The translations under genes and the position numbers were made by a program. From the IMG/VR virus record IMGVR_UViG_3300046721_000236: a DNA stretch of 44,053 nt. One strand, written 5' to 3'. Below the pieces are notes generated by a model that saw nothing but the letters and a program-made list of their open reading frames with translations, was not told the DNA's origin and did not search any database. This document shows positions 7,003 to 15,668 of this stretch, piece by piece. The stretch comes from a virus. Position 1 is the first letter of the stretch. The number at the start of each line of letters is the position of its first letter.

Positions 7003-8513
7003 GGATTCCCCCCATACTTCGGCATCAGCGACTTTTGGCCTCGACGTGCCCGCGCGGCCATGTCGGCGTTCATCTCGGCTTCTGATTTAAAGCCGGGGTT
7101 GCTTTTCAGCAACTGTTCAGCCGGATTCGCTGGCGGTGGCGGGCGATTGCCGAGCACCGTCTTCAGCGCCTCATCCGGGGCCACGCCGCGCTTAATGAGC
7201 ATGGCGGCATTGTTGACTTCAGCCGCCTGCGGGGCCACCTTGGCCGTATCGAAGGCGTTCAGCGCTGCCTTGAAGGCCTCCGGCGTCGACATCGGCGCCG
7301 CCTCTGGCATGCGTTTAATAATGGCTTGTAGATTGTCAGCGACTGGCTGGCCATTCGCCATTGCCTGTTTAACGACCTGCGATGGATCTAAATGCGCCGA
7401 AACAGGCGTTTCGCCAAGAGGAATCATGCCCGTAACGGTCCCATCAGCGCCTTTCGCGACAATGGCCTCATAGCCGTATTTCTCGCGCACGATCTGCGCC
7501 GCTTCTTGCAATGTCGTCGGTTGGCGCCCGAGGGCTGTTTTCGCCAAGTCAATCAGTTGCGATTCGGCCCCGTGTAACGTCTTGACCGTTAATGTTTTCT
7601 CAGGGATGGGCACATCGGCTGCATGCACCTTCCCGGTAAACTCTTCGGGGCCAATGCCGCCGACATCATGCGTGGCATATCCAGCCGCCCACGCCGGATC
7701 TGTCGTCATCATGGTGCCCGGTTGTAAGGTTGGACGTGCCGAGGTCGAACCGTGATAGACCCGCACGGTTTGAGGTGCGGCCTCAGGAGCCACTGAGGCA
7801 GGCCCAGCGGGCGTAGGCGAGGCGACCGGCGCCGGCGTAGGGGCTTGGGCCTGTGGCGCGGCTGGACGCGCCTCGAGGGTCGCAGCGAGGTCTGGCTTGA
7901 CGTTCCCATGCGCCGCCGCATTCTCCGCCGTTAACCGCGCCGTCAGTTCGGCTGGCGTCTCAACGACGGCTGGCGCGACGTCGGCCAAGGGCCGGGCGCC
8001 GACGTCCTGCAGGAATCGACCCCCGCTCTGCAACACTTTTCCCGCAGCGGTGGCCGCGGGCGGCGCACCGGCCGCAATGGCCGCTTTCCCGAGATTCCCA
8101 CTGAGGGCGGCATAGCCAGCGCCATACGTGCCAATGCGCTGCGCGATCTTGGAAGCGCCCAAGGCTTCCAGGCCCTTCCCCACCGTCTCGGCTCCGCTGC
8201 CCGCCGCTCGAGCAGCCGCGCGGGCTCCTGTCACGACACCTGCGGCATCAGGGACGAGCAGACTGGCAATATCGGCAATCGTTTCCGGCCGCGCGACTTT
8301 CTCGAGCACCGGCTTCAGTTCGTTGTTAAACCAGTCCTGAAAGCCGCTCGACGCTTCCGGCGAGCCAGACGTGGCTGCCGAGGCCCGCCCTTCCGCCAGC
8401 ACATTGCGCGGCTGGTAGGGCGGCGTATAGCCCTTAATCACCTTACCGATGTTCTCTTCGGGCTCGCCCGCGTCAATCATCCGCTGCACGATGGCCTTGA
8501 GCTCGTCAGGCAT
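6999..8513 (-). CDS. Putative internal virion/ejection protein with a possible ART-like central domain
   Basis: Sits in the block after the gp10-like gene. Has an Ala/Pro-rich linker, then VRVYHGSTS...MMTTDPAWAAGYATH...KYGYEAIVAKGADG, reminiscent of H-Y-E type ART domains found in phage polyvalent proteins. Confidence 0.45.
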   Translation of the reverse strand: MPDELKAIVQRMIDAGEPEENIGKVIKGYTPPYQPRNVLAEGRASAATSGSPEASSGFQDWFNNELKPVLEKVARPETIADIASLLVPDAAGVVTGARAAARAAGSGAETVGKGLEALGASKIAQRIGTYGAGYAALSGNLGKAAIAAGAPPAATAAGKVLQSGGRFLQDVGARPLADVAPAVVETPAELTARLTAENAAAHGNVKPDLAATLEARPAAPQAQAPTPAPVASPTPAGPASVAPEAAPQTVRVYHGSTSARPTLQPGTMMTTDPAWAAGYATHDVGGIGPEEFTGKVHAADVPIPEKTLTVKTLHGAESQLIDLAKTALGRQPTTLQEAAQIVREKYGYEAIVAKGADGTVTGMIPLGETPVSAHLDPSQVVKQAMANGQPVADNLQAIIKRMPEAAPMSTPEAFKAALNAFDTAKVAPQAAEVNNAAMLIKRGVAPDEALKTVLGNRPPPPANPAEQLLKSNPGFKSEAEMNADMAARARRGQKSLMPKYGGNP

Positions 8514-9809
8514 TTACTGGCCACCGCTGTATTTCTTGATGAGGTCTTCGGCGCTTAAAGCCGTCGTCGGAGCCGCGCCTATTGCCGATTGAAAGCCGCT
8601 CACATCGAACCCGCCGCGCTTCAGATTTTCGATATGCCCGATCTTGCTGTCATTGGCCAGTTTGAGGATGTTCGCCAACTTGGCTTGGACGACTTGCGGC
8701 GGATCATCCTGCTTCGGCATGTATTGCTCGGCCTGCTCCTGGTCGTTCTTGCGCATGACGCCGCCGTGAATCGCTCGGCCTGCGACTTGTCGCGCTAAGG
8801 CGATATTGGCGGCCGTTTCCTTCGCGGCTTCCGCGCCGGGCACATAGGGGGCCAAGCCGCCCGGCACAAGGAAATTTTCCGCGCGGGCGATGCCGCCCAT
8901 GCCCTGACCCGTGCTGAGCTTATTGCCCAGATCCTTCAATTCGCTGATGGATTTGTCGAGGTCGCTGATTTTGTTGATATCGGCGGCCTGCACGGGTCGC
9001 CCTGCGGCGGCTTTCGCCGTCTTCGCCGCTTCGGTATCGGCTCGCGTCTTCTGCTCCAGCGCCACGCGCTGAGCTTCCAAGCCGATCCGCTGCGCGCCTT
9101 GCTTCGCCGCTACTTGCCGTGCGGCCTCTTCCGCCTGCTGATTCGCCGTCATGCCCGTGGGCGACGTGCCAGCTAAAACGAGCTGAGCAGACTTCGCCTT
9201 GGCCTCTTGTTCTGGCTGTTCGGCCGTCTGCTTCGAAGCTTCTGCATTGGCGGCAATGAGCGCCGACGTGATCTTCGGAATCGCCTGCGGCCCCTGTTGG
9301 AGCACCATTTGCCGGTATTCGTCTGGTTGTTTGGAATCAGGAAAGACTTCCTGATGAATCTTCATCGCCATCTCAAAGCCTTCCGGCGTATCGCCTCCAG
9401 CTTTGATTAAGCGGGCCTGATTCGCCTGATAGGCTTGTTCATGCAGCGCCTGTTCTGCATTGGCCTTTTTCGTCGTGGCGGATTTCTCCGCAAAGTCGGC
9501 GGCATTCTTCCGCGCCTCATCCACCATTTTTTGCGCGGCTTCGTAATGCTCTGGCGCCGTCGTCTTGACTTGGGCGAGAAAATTATCAGGCGTGAGATCA
9601 GGATTGCCAATCACCTGATAAAAGCGGGCATTGGCTTCGTCCTGCTTCTGCTTATCCTTCAACGCCTGTTGTCGGAGTTGTTCTTCCGCCTGCGACGACT
9701 GGATCTCCTGCCGCTGCCGTTGCAAAGCCCCGACCTGCGCCAGCGTCTGAAAGGGCGTATTAAAGCCCTGCGAGGGCGGTTGCTGATAGATGGAGGTATC
9801 GATCGGCAT
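8514..9809 (-). CDS. Coiled-coil Ala/Gln/Lys-rich putative internal virion (ejection) protein
   Basis: ORF track, 431 aa. Long helical low-complexity stretches. Lies among the ejection-protein candidates. Confidence 0.55.
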   Translation of the reverse strand: MPIDTSIYQQPPSQGFNTPFQTLAQVGALQRQRQEIQSSQAEEQLRQQALKDKQKQDEANARFYQVIGNPDLTPDNFLAQVKTTAPEHYEAAQKMVDEARKNAADFAEKSATTKKANAEQALHEQAYQANQARLIKAGGDTPEGFEMAMKIHQEVFPDSKQPDEYRQMVLQQGPQAIPKITSALIAANAEASKQTAEQPEQEAKAKSAQLVLAGTSPTGMTANQQAEEAARQVAAKQGAQRIGLEAQRVALEQKTRADTEAAKTAKAAAGRPVQAADINKISDLDKSISELKDLGNKLSTGQGMGGIARAENFLVPGGLAPYVPGAEAAKETAANIALARQVAGRAIHGGVMRKNDQEQAEQYMPKQDDPPQVVQAKLANILKLANDSKIGHIENLKRGGFDVSGFQSAIGAAPTTALSAEDLIKKYSGGQ

Positions 9810-9810
9810 G

Positions 9811-11598
9811 TTACTGATTCATCGTCTGCCACGGGTCGCCATACCCGCCCGTCTGTGCCGTGGATGGCAATTGCGATCCGTAATTCGGATAGGTGCCCGG
9901 GGCCGCTTGCCACCCGCCGGTATTCTGCCCACCGCTGCTGGTCTGCCCAAGTTGTCCCAGCGCCCACAGTTGCGATCCGGTATTCACGGCGCCGCCGAGC
10001 GCATTACCCCAATTCTGCCCCTGCTGCTGCGAGCCAGCCGCCTGCGCGTTGCCGATGCCCTCATAGGCATTGGTCGCCTGATTGCCATAGTTCTGCCCGG
10101 CCTGCGCCATCTGCCCATTCGCCTGCATCCCAAGCTGCGCGAGCGAATAGTTGTTGTTGAACAGTTGCTGATTCGCGCCCTGATTCAACTGATACGTATT
10201 CGCTGCCTGCCCATAGTTCTGGGCGTTCTGATTCAAGCCGTAATTCGCATAGCCGAGGCCGAGCTGTCCCTGTCCGAGTGCCAGCGAATTCGCGCCCTGC
10301 TGATAGCCCAAGCCGAGCTGCCCTTGCCCGAGCGCATTTGAGACATTCGCCTGATAGGCATTGAGGCCCGTCTGCGCGTTGAGCCCATAGGCAGAGGCCG
10401 CATTGGCTTGGTTCGCCTGCTGCGTGTTGAAGTTCATGCCCGCGTTGAACTGCCCAGCGTTCAAGCCCGCAGACTGATTGGCCAACTGCCCCTGGAGGTT
10501 CTGGCCAGCGTTGAACTGGCCGCTCTGCATCTGGTTGCCGACATTCGCGCTTTGCGCTTGGAGGTTCGCGCCCTGATTCGCCAAGGCGGCCTGCTGCTGA
10601 TACTGGTTCGTCAGCCCATACGCCTGTGCGAGATTCCCCTGATTCGCTTGGTTATAGTTCAAGGTGTTCTGCGTATTCGTCTGGTAGCCTTGCAGGGCAT
10701 TGTTGTAGACCTGCTGGTATTGCTGGCTGGCCAGATTCGCCGCTTGGTCCTGCAGCGCCTTCCACGTATTCGACCCACGCGCCACGCCCTTCGCCGCGCC
10801 TGAGTTGACCAGCGCCTGCATCGCCTGCTGCTGGGCGTATTGGAATTGCGGATTGTTCTGAAGGTCCGCTTGCGTCGGCGCTTGGAAGCCGGAGGGGTTC
10901 GCCAATGTCTGCGCCTGCAACGCCTGTGGCCCTTGCACTTGCTGCGGCGTAATCGTCCCCGGCGCGGCCGTTGGCTGTGGTGTGACCTGCTGCGGCGTCA
11001 CATTGCCGGGCTGCTGGATCTGCTGCGGCGTATAGGCGCCAGGCGCTTGATACGGCCCCTGCTGCTGCGCATTCTGGAAGTTCTGCCCAGCCTGCGGAAC
11101 GGTGGGGTTCGCAATGGTGCCCGTGCCGCCACCCGCGCCTTTGCCACCGGTATCCGGTCCTTGCCCGGCAAGGTCGGACCCGAGGCGCCCCGTGATATAG
11201 GACCAGTCCCCGTTGGCGTTGTTCAGCGCCTGCCCTTGCCAGTATTGCCAATCGCCGAGGCCCGACCCGCTGCCGCCCGGCGTAATGCCGTATTGCTGAT
11301 AGAGCTGCGCCAGATGCGGATCGATCCCCGCCGGCATGCCCCCGCCTTGCTGCCCGCCGCCGGTCTGCTGCGTCAGCCAGGAGGGCGCCCCGCCCTGAAA
11401 CTGCTGCGTCATGCTGCCATCAGCGTTCTTCGTGAAGTATTGCCCGCCGCTCGAATACACGGGCACGCCATCGGGCGCCGTGGCCACCTGCTGCATGCCT
11501 TGCTGTTGGCCCTGCTGGTTGACCGCTGGCGCCGGCGATCCAGCGGTAGCTTGGTCGCCCGTAATGGTCTGGAGTTGCTGATCGAACCAATCGGCCAT
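9811..11598 (-). CDS. Gln/Asn/Gly-rich low-complexity virion protein (595 aa)
   Basis: Several hundred residues of Q/N/G/A/Y repeats (NQGNLAQAYGLTNQYQQQAALANQGANLQAQSANVGNQMQSGQFNAGQNLQG...). Adjacent to neighbouring genes with no gaps. Confidence 0.6.
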   Translation of the reverse strand: MADWFDQQLQTITGDQATAGSPAPAVNQQGQQQGMQQVATAPDGVPVYSSGGQYFTKNADGSMTQQFQGGAPSWLTQQTGGGQQGGGMPAGIDPHLAQLYQQYGITPGGSGSGLGDWQYWQGQALNNANGDWSYITGRLGSDLAGQGPDTGGKGAGGGTGTIANPTVPQAGQNFQNAQQQGPYQAPGAYTPQQIQQPGNVTPQQVTPQPTAAPGTITPQQVQGPQALQAQTLANPSGFQAPTQADLQNNPQFQYAQQQAMQALVNSGAAKGVARGSNTWKALQDQAANLASQQYQQVYNNALQGYQTNTQNTLNYNQANQGNLAQAYGLTNQYQQQAALANQGANLQAQSANVGNQMQSGQFNAGQNLQGQLANQSAGLNAGQFNAGMNFNTQQANQANAASAYGLNAQTGLNAYQANVSNALGQGQLGLGYQQGANSLALGQGQLGLGYANYGLNQNAQNYGQAANTYQLNQGANQQLFNNNYSLAQLGMQANGQMAQAGQNYGNQATNAYEGIGNAQAAGSQQQGQNWGNALGGAVNTGSQLWALGQLGQTSSGGQNTGGWQAAPGTYPNYGSQLPSTAQTGGYGDPWQTMNQ

Positions 11599-12093
11599 TT
11601 AACCCAGCACTTTCGCGCCGCGCTGCATCGCTTCCTGAATCCGTGCCCGCGGGAACCCTTGCAAGGTCCGCCCATCAGGCGTCTGAATCGTGACGGTGTC
11701 GCCCTGTCCGCCCGGCGTCGGCATCCCCGGCATGGGCTGTCCAGGCGGCTGGCCGAGCGCCCCCATGGACGGCATCTGCTGCGAGGGCATTTGCGGCAGG
11801 TTCGGCTTGGGCACGCCTTGCTGGTAGTTCGCCGGGCTGAACTGGTTCGCTGGCTGCGCGGCCATTTGCCCGAGACGCCCGAGCGTCATCTGGCCGGCCT
11901 GCTGATAGGGCGCTGCCGCCTGCTGCTGATTACCATAGACCTGTTGCTGCACACCAAGCGCCTTGTTCGCGGCGGCCGTCTGCGCATCGACCGCCTTGCC
12001 CGTCTGGTGTCCTTTAATGGCCGCTTCAGCCACGCCAGCGCCCGCTGAGGCCGCCGTGAGCCCGATAATCGCTGCCGTGGTCAATGCGCTCAT
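11599..12093 (-). CDS. Putative internal virion protein with a hydrophobic N-terminus and a Gln/Pro/Met-rich middle
   Basis: MSALTTAAIIGLTAASAGAGVAEAAI then a Q/P/M-rich region. ATGA overlap with the GNAT gene. Confidence 0.5.
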   Translation of the reverse strand: MSALTTAAIIGLTAASAGAGVAEAAIKGHQTGKAVDAQTAAANKALGVQQQVYGNQQQAAAPYQQAGQMTLGRLGQMAAQPANQFSPANYQQGVPKPNLPQMPSQQMPSMGALGQPPGQPMPGMPTPGGQGDTVTIQTPDGRTLQGFPRARIQEAMQRGAKVLG

Positions 12094-12563
12094 AGCTTCA
12101 CCTGATAAGCCGTTTCGACGGCCTGATACCCGAGGGCTTCATACATCGCCCCGACGCGCGGATTATCCGACGGCGCAATCATCTGCAGCGACTGCGCGCC
12201 ATACGCTTTCGCCCACTTCTCCGCCCGCCGCAAGAGCCAGCCCCCCGCGCCGCGGTCCTGCGGATTGAGCCACCAAAACAGTTCGCCGGCAACTACCTTC
12301 CCGCTCATGGGATGGACATACCCCAGCACGCCAATCGTGCCCATGATGATGCCGTCGCGTTCCGCCACGAAGATGGCCGCATCGCACCGATTCATCAGGC
12401 TATTGAGGAAGCGCATTAGGGCCTCCGCACTTTCTCCGATGTATTCCCGGTATTTGGTCGAGGTCACAAACTCGCGCAACAAGGCGACGATCTCCGGCAC
12501 GTCAGGCTCACCCGCCTGTCGGTAGGTAATCGCGCTCCGCACGGCCGTGGCCAGCGTCGTCAT
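12090..12563 (-). CDS. GNAT-family N-acetyltransferase
   Basis: IFVAERDGIIMGTIGV..., the RGAGGWLLRRAEKWAKAYG acetyl-CoA loop (R/Q-x-x-G-x-G/A), and ...YEALGYQAV. Start moved to ATG 12563 (ATGA overlap) from track ORF 12090..12581. Confidence 0.75.
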   Translation of the reverse strand: MTTLATAVRSAITYRQAGEPDVPEIVALLREFVTSTKYREYIGESAEALMRFLNSLMNRCDAAIFVAERDGIIMGTIGVLGYVHPMSGKVVAGELFWWLNPQDRGAGGWLLRRAEKWAKAYGAQSLQMIAPSDNPRVGAMYEALGYQAVETAYQVKL

Positions 12564-12838
12564 TTGGCGCACACCGTCCAATTCGTGCCGTTATAGAAGG
12601 CGCCAACCGTCAACGCCCCACCACCGGCCACGACGCTGCCCCACGTATTAACCGTCGAATCTGTCACGACGAAGACCATACCAGCCACCGGCTGCGGGAG
12701 GTTCGCAAACGTCACAGGCGCCGAGTTGCCCGGCGTGCCATTCACGGCCGCGCGTAGTCCCGTGAACCACTGCCCCCACGGATAACTGAGGAGATGGCCC
12801 TCGAGCGGCGCCGTCAGTTGCGGAAACGGCGTAATCAT
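12560..12838 (-). CDS. Small beta-rich virion-module protein (92 aa)
   Basis: ORF track. ATGA overlaps on both sides. ...AGMVFVVTDSTVNTWGSVVAGGGALTVGAFYNGTNWTV. Confidence 0.5.
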   Translation of the reverse strand: MITPFPQLTAPLEGHLLSYPWGQWFTGLRAAVNGTPGNSAPVTFANLPQPVAGMVFVVTDSTVNTWGSVVAGGGALTVGAFYNGTNWTVCAK

Positions 12839-14262
12839 GACGGTCCCACGCTCACATCAATCAACGCATCGACCCAGCGCGACGGCACGGGATCTGTATC
12901 GATGAAGCGGTCGACCCGATTGCGCGCCTGCCCGCACTGCGTCCAGCGCACCCGCGTATCAAAGGCGCCAATGGCCCCGCTCGAGGCCCACTGTTCATTA
13001 CCCCATGTCTGCCCGCCATCCTTCGAGGTCTGCCGCATAATCTGCGGGTCCGAGCCTTGCCCGCGCTGCACGCCTTGGCCGACGTCCATCACGAGTTGGA
13101 TCGCATGCGTCGTGAACCGCTTCTGGTCAAACGACAATCGCGGCGGCTGCCGTAGACGACGAATCGCCGCGCCGTCCACATCGGTAAACAAATCCGTGCC
13201 CATCCGGTAGATCGCCCCCGTTAAGCGGTCCTGCACCAGATTCCGATCGGGATGGGCGAAGAACATCGGCCGATAGGCCAGCCATTGTGCCTGCCGCGTA
13301 TCCCAATACAACCGTTCGTGCCACAGGCTCGTGGCTTGGTCGAACACCCAGGTCCGTTCGGCGCTGGGGAACGTCAGCACATAGAAGGTGTGGCCGTTCT
13401 CCTGATAACTGAATGCCACGGCATCCGAGAGATCGCCATACGTCGCGATCGACGCTTCCACGGCATGTGTACTGATGCGGCTGGGCGTATAGCCAGAGGC
13501 CGACACTACCTGCCCATGGCCCTGCTCATTATGCGAGAGCCAGATCAGCGACTTATCCAGCCGCGCGCCCGAAAACGCGGCGGCCGTGCCCGTCTGCATA
13601 AACGCCTCTTGAATCGAGGCGAAGGGAAACGGCGCCGTCCCGGCGTCATACCAGACTTCTGAGGTGTGATCCCCGAGCAGATAGATCAGACGATTGACGA
13701 CATACAGAGCCCGCCAGGGGTCGCTGCCGTCCGTGCGCTGCTGGATGTTTCCGAGGTCGATACTCAGGAAATTCTCGAATGCCGTCACTTGCAGGGTAGA
13801 AGAGGTGGCATCGAGAATGACGCCAAACCCATCCAGAAAGCCGCACATCGTGGCGCCCAGCGTGGTCGGATTCTGAAAGACGTTCGTGATCAGGTCCAAC
13901 ACATAAAACTGATTACCGCTCGTCAGGCCGAGCTGATTCCCAGCATCCCCGTTGGACATGAACGTGACGGGCGAGGCGTTGCGTTCGATGATGCCACGCT
14001 GCACGGCGGTATTGCCGACGAGCTCGTAGAGCGTAAACCCCGTGACGAAAAACGTCCGCTCGCCGAGGGAAAACATCCCGCCGCCGAAATTCGCCGTGGG
14101 GGCCACAATCAATTCAAAGCCGGGACACTGAAGGAGCGCCCCCGGCGTTGGGGCCGTCTGCGATTCGTTCAACTCGACATAGCGATTGATCAGGCGTTCG
14201 GCATCGGCCATATACGATTGGCTTTGATACGACGGGCCGAGGAAGCCGGGATACTGGGGCAT
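12835..14262 (-). CDS. P22 gp10-like tail hub / packaged-DNA stabilisation protein
   Basis: 475 aa. N-terminus MPQYPGFLGPSYQSQS... and C-terminus ...SKDGGQTWGNEQWASSGAIGAFDTRVRWTQCGQARNRVDRF follow the P22 gp10 pattern (S.DG..yG.E...Y..RV.W...G..R). Confidence 0.65.
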   Translation of the reverse strand: MPQYPGFLGPSYQSQSYMADAERLINRYVELNESQTAPTPGALLQCPGFELIVAPTANFGGGMFSLGERTFFVTGFTLYELVGNTAVQRGIIERNASPVTFMSNGDAGNQLGLTSGNQFYVLDLITNVFQNPTTLGATMCGFLDGFGVILDATSSTLQVTAFENFLSIDLGNIQQRTDGSDPWRALYVVNRLIYLLGDHTSEVWYDAGTAPFPFASIQEAFMQTGTAAAFSGARLDKSLIWLSHNEQGHGQVVSASGYTPSRISTHAVEASIATYGDLSDAVAFSYQENGHTFYVLTFPSAERTWVFDQATSLWHERLYWDTRQAQWLAYRPMFFAHPDRNLVQDRLTGAIYRMGTDLFTDVDGAAIRRLRQPPRLSFDQKRFTTHAIQLVMDVGQGVQRGQGSDPQIMRQTSKDGGQTWGNEQWASSGAIGAFDTRVRWTQCGQARNRVDRFIDTDPVPSRWVDALIDVSVGPS

Positions 14263-14595
14263 TTACGACAATCCGAGACTCACGGTCAGCGCGGATGCGG
14301 GCGCACTGGAGCCGGCCGCCGTCGTCGTTGCCGCCATCCACAGGCCATCTTTGAAATACAGGCCGCCGCCGTCCTGCACGCCGAGTGTCTTACTGGCCAG
14401 CGTGGCCAAGCCGACCTGATATTTCGGCACGGTCGTGCCCACGGTCGGCGCGATCGCCGTATCGTAAAAGCTGACATACGAGGCCGCGGCAGCCGCGTTA
14501 TAAATGTCGTAATCGAAGATCTTGCACGGCCCACTGACAAAGATCGCCGTGGCCAGCAGGCCGGACGTGCCATTGACGAGGACGGGACTGGCCAT
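14263..14595 (-). CDS. Hypothetical virion-module protein (110 aa)
   Basis: ORF track. GGAG lies upstream. Sits between the adaptor candidate and the gp10-like gene. Confidence 0.5.
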   Translation of the reverse strand: MASPVLVNGTSGLLATAIFVSGPCKIFDYDIYNAAAAASYVSFYDTAIAPTVGTTVPKYQVGLATLASKTLGVQDGGGLYFKDGLWMAATTTAAGSSAPASALTVSLGLS

Positions 14596-14604
14596 CGCTG
14601 CTCC

Positions 14605-15642
14605 TTATCGGTTCGAGGTCGTCGTATTGCCCGTGAGGTAATTCCAGCCCGCGCCCAGGCCCGGCACGAGGGCCGGATCGATCGACATCGCCCCCGGGTC
14701 GACGTTCGGCTTCTTCATGTTCTCAAAGGCCGCGCTGGCCATCCGAGGCAATAGGGGCGGAATCTGCACGCCAAAGGGACTACAGAAGCGCAAGGCGAGT
14801 TGATAGAGGAACGCGTCCTGATACCCCGGCGGGCCTTGGAGAATACTATCGAGGCTGGCCGGGACACCCACGGCTTGCGGCGTATACAGCACGATGCTCA
14901 GACTCTGCGGCTGCGGCCACAGAAACAACGTGCCGTGCGCATCGGCCAGATTCGTTTGGTAAAAGCTCTGGGTCGGCAGCGCAGACGGCAAGCCCTTAAT
15001 CGACAGCGACGAAAACGCATCCTCGTCCATCATCCCGATCGGCACTTCGATGGCGGGCGATGAGCCGGGAATGAGAAAGCTAATCGCATTGATCCACATC
15101 GGCCGGTCAATGTTGACCGTCTGCCCGATGCCGACCAGCACGCTGGACGTCGAGGCGGGCCAGACAAAGGTTGTCTGGAGCTGCAGCGAGAGCGTCAGCC
15201 GATCCGCCGCCCAGGTATCAATCATCGTCTGCACGCGCCGCAGGCCGAGGGCAATCTGGCCGGCGTTGGCCTGTTCGCCCGGCTCAAGCACGCCGATCTC
15301 CACCAGCGCATCCGTGATGAGGGACCGCACCGTATAGGCCAGCGCGAAGACGCCTGAGGCTGGGGTCGCCGCCGCCGTGGTGGCCACCTGAATCGAGGCG
15401 GAGACGGCGCCGAGGCCCGTAAACGTAAACGCAATCAGGGCGCCGTTCGTCTCGGCTTGCGAGGGCCGGTAGGTGTAATACCCATGCCCTTCCGCCGTGC
15501 AGATGCCCGCCCCGACGCTACCAATCGCCTGGACGCCACCATCCACCGTGACGTAGACCGTGACGACGCCGACATAATCGAGGCCCGTCGAGGCATCGAC
15601 CATCTGCGCGCCAATCACTTGTCCTGGCTGGTTAATAACCAT
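14605..15642 (-). CDS. Putative head-to-tail adaptor with an N-terminal 95-aa domain paralogous to ORF 20903..21199
   Basis: N-terminus MVINQPGQVIGAQMVDASTGLDYVGVVTVYVTVDGGVQAIG...ETNGALIAFTFTGLGAVSASIQVAT aligns with MVKGVAGQVIGAEMLDVGNGSPFAGVVTVYVTGDGGTQALG...ETNYTLVAFTFTGPNAIAVTMQVAT. The adaptor role is inferred only from its position just upstream of the gp10-like gene. Confidence 0.45.
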   Translation of the reverse strand: MVINQPGQVIGAQMVDASTGLDYVGVVTVYVTVDGGVQAIGSVGAGICTAEGHGYYTYRPSQAETNGALIAFTFTGLGAVSASIQVATTAAATPASGVFALAYTVRSLITDALVEIGVLEPGEQANAGQIALGLRRVQTMIDTWAADRLTLSLQLQTTFVWPASTSSVLVGIGQTVNIDRPMWINAISFLIPGSSPAIEVPIGMMDEDAFSSLSIKGLPSALPTQSFYQTNLADAHGTLFLWPQPQSLSIVLYTPQAVGVPASLDSILQGPPGYQDAFLYQLALRFCSPFGVQIPPLLPRMASAAFENMKKPNVDPGAMSIDPALVPGLGAGWNYLTGNTTTSNR

Positions 15643-15668
15643 GAGGAATCCGCGTGTAGTCTACACCC

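Noticed and set aside
10840-12048. 402-aa plus-strand ORF antisense to the Q/N-rich gene. Similar long antisense ORFs lie at 9435..10160, 13666..14754, 29884..30771, 37817..38884 and 39735..40616.
   Set aside because: They are extremely Arg/Leu/His-rich, lie opposite genes with recognisable families or tight operon coupling, and have no RBS. I treated them as shadow ORFs.
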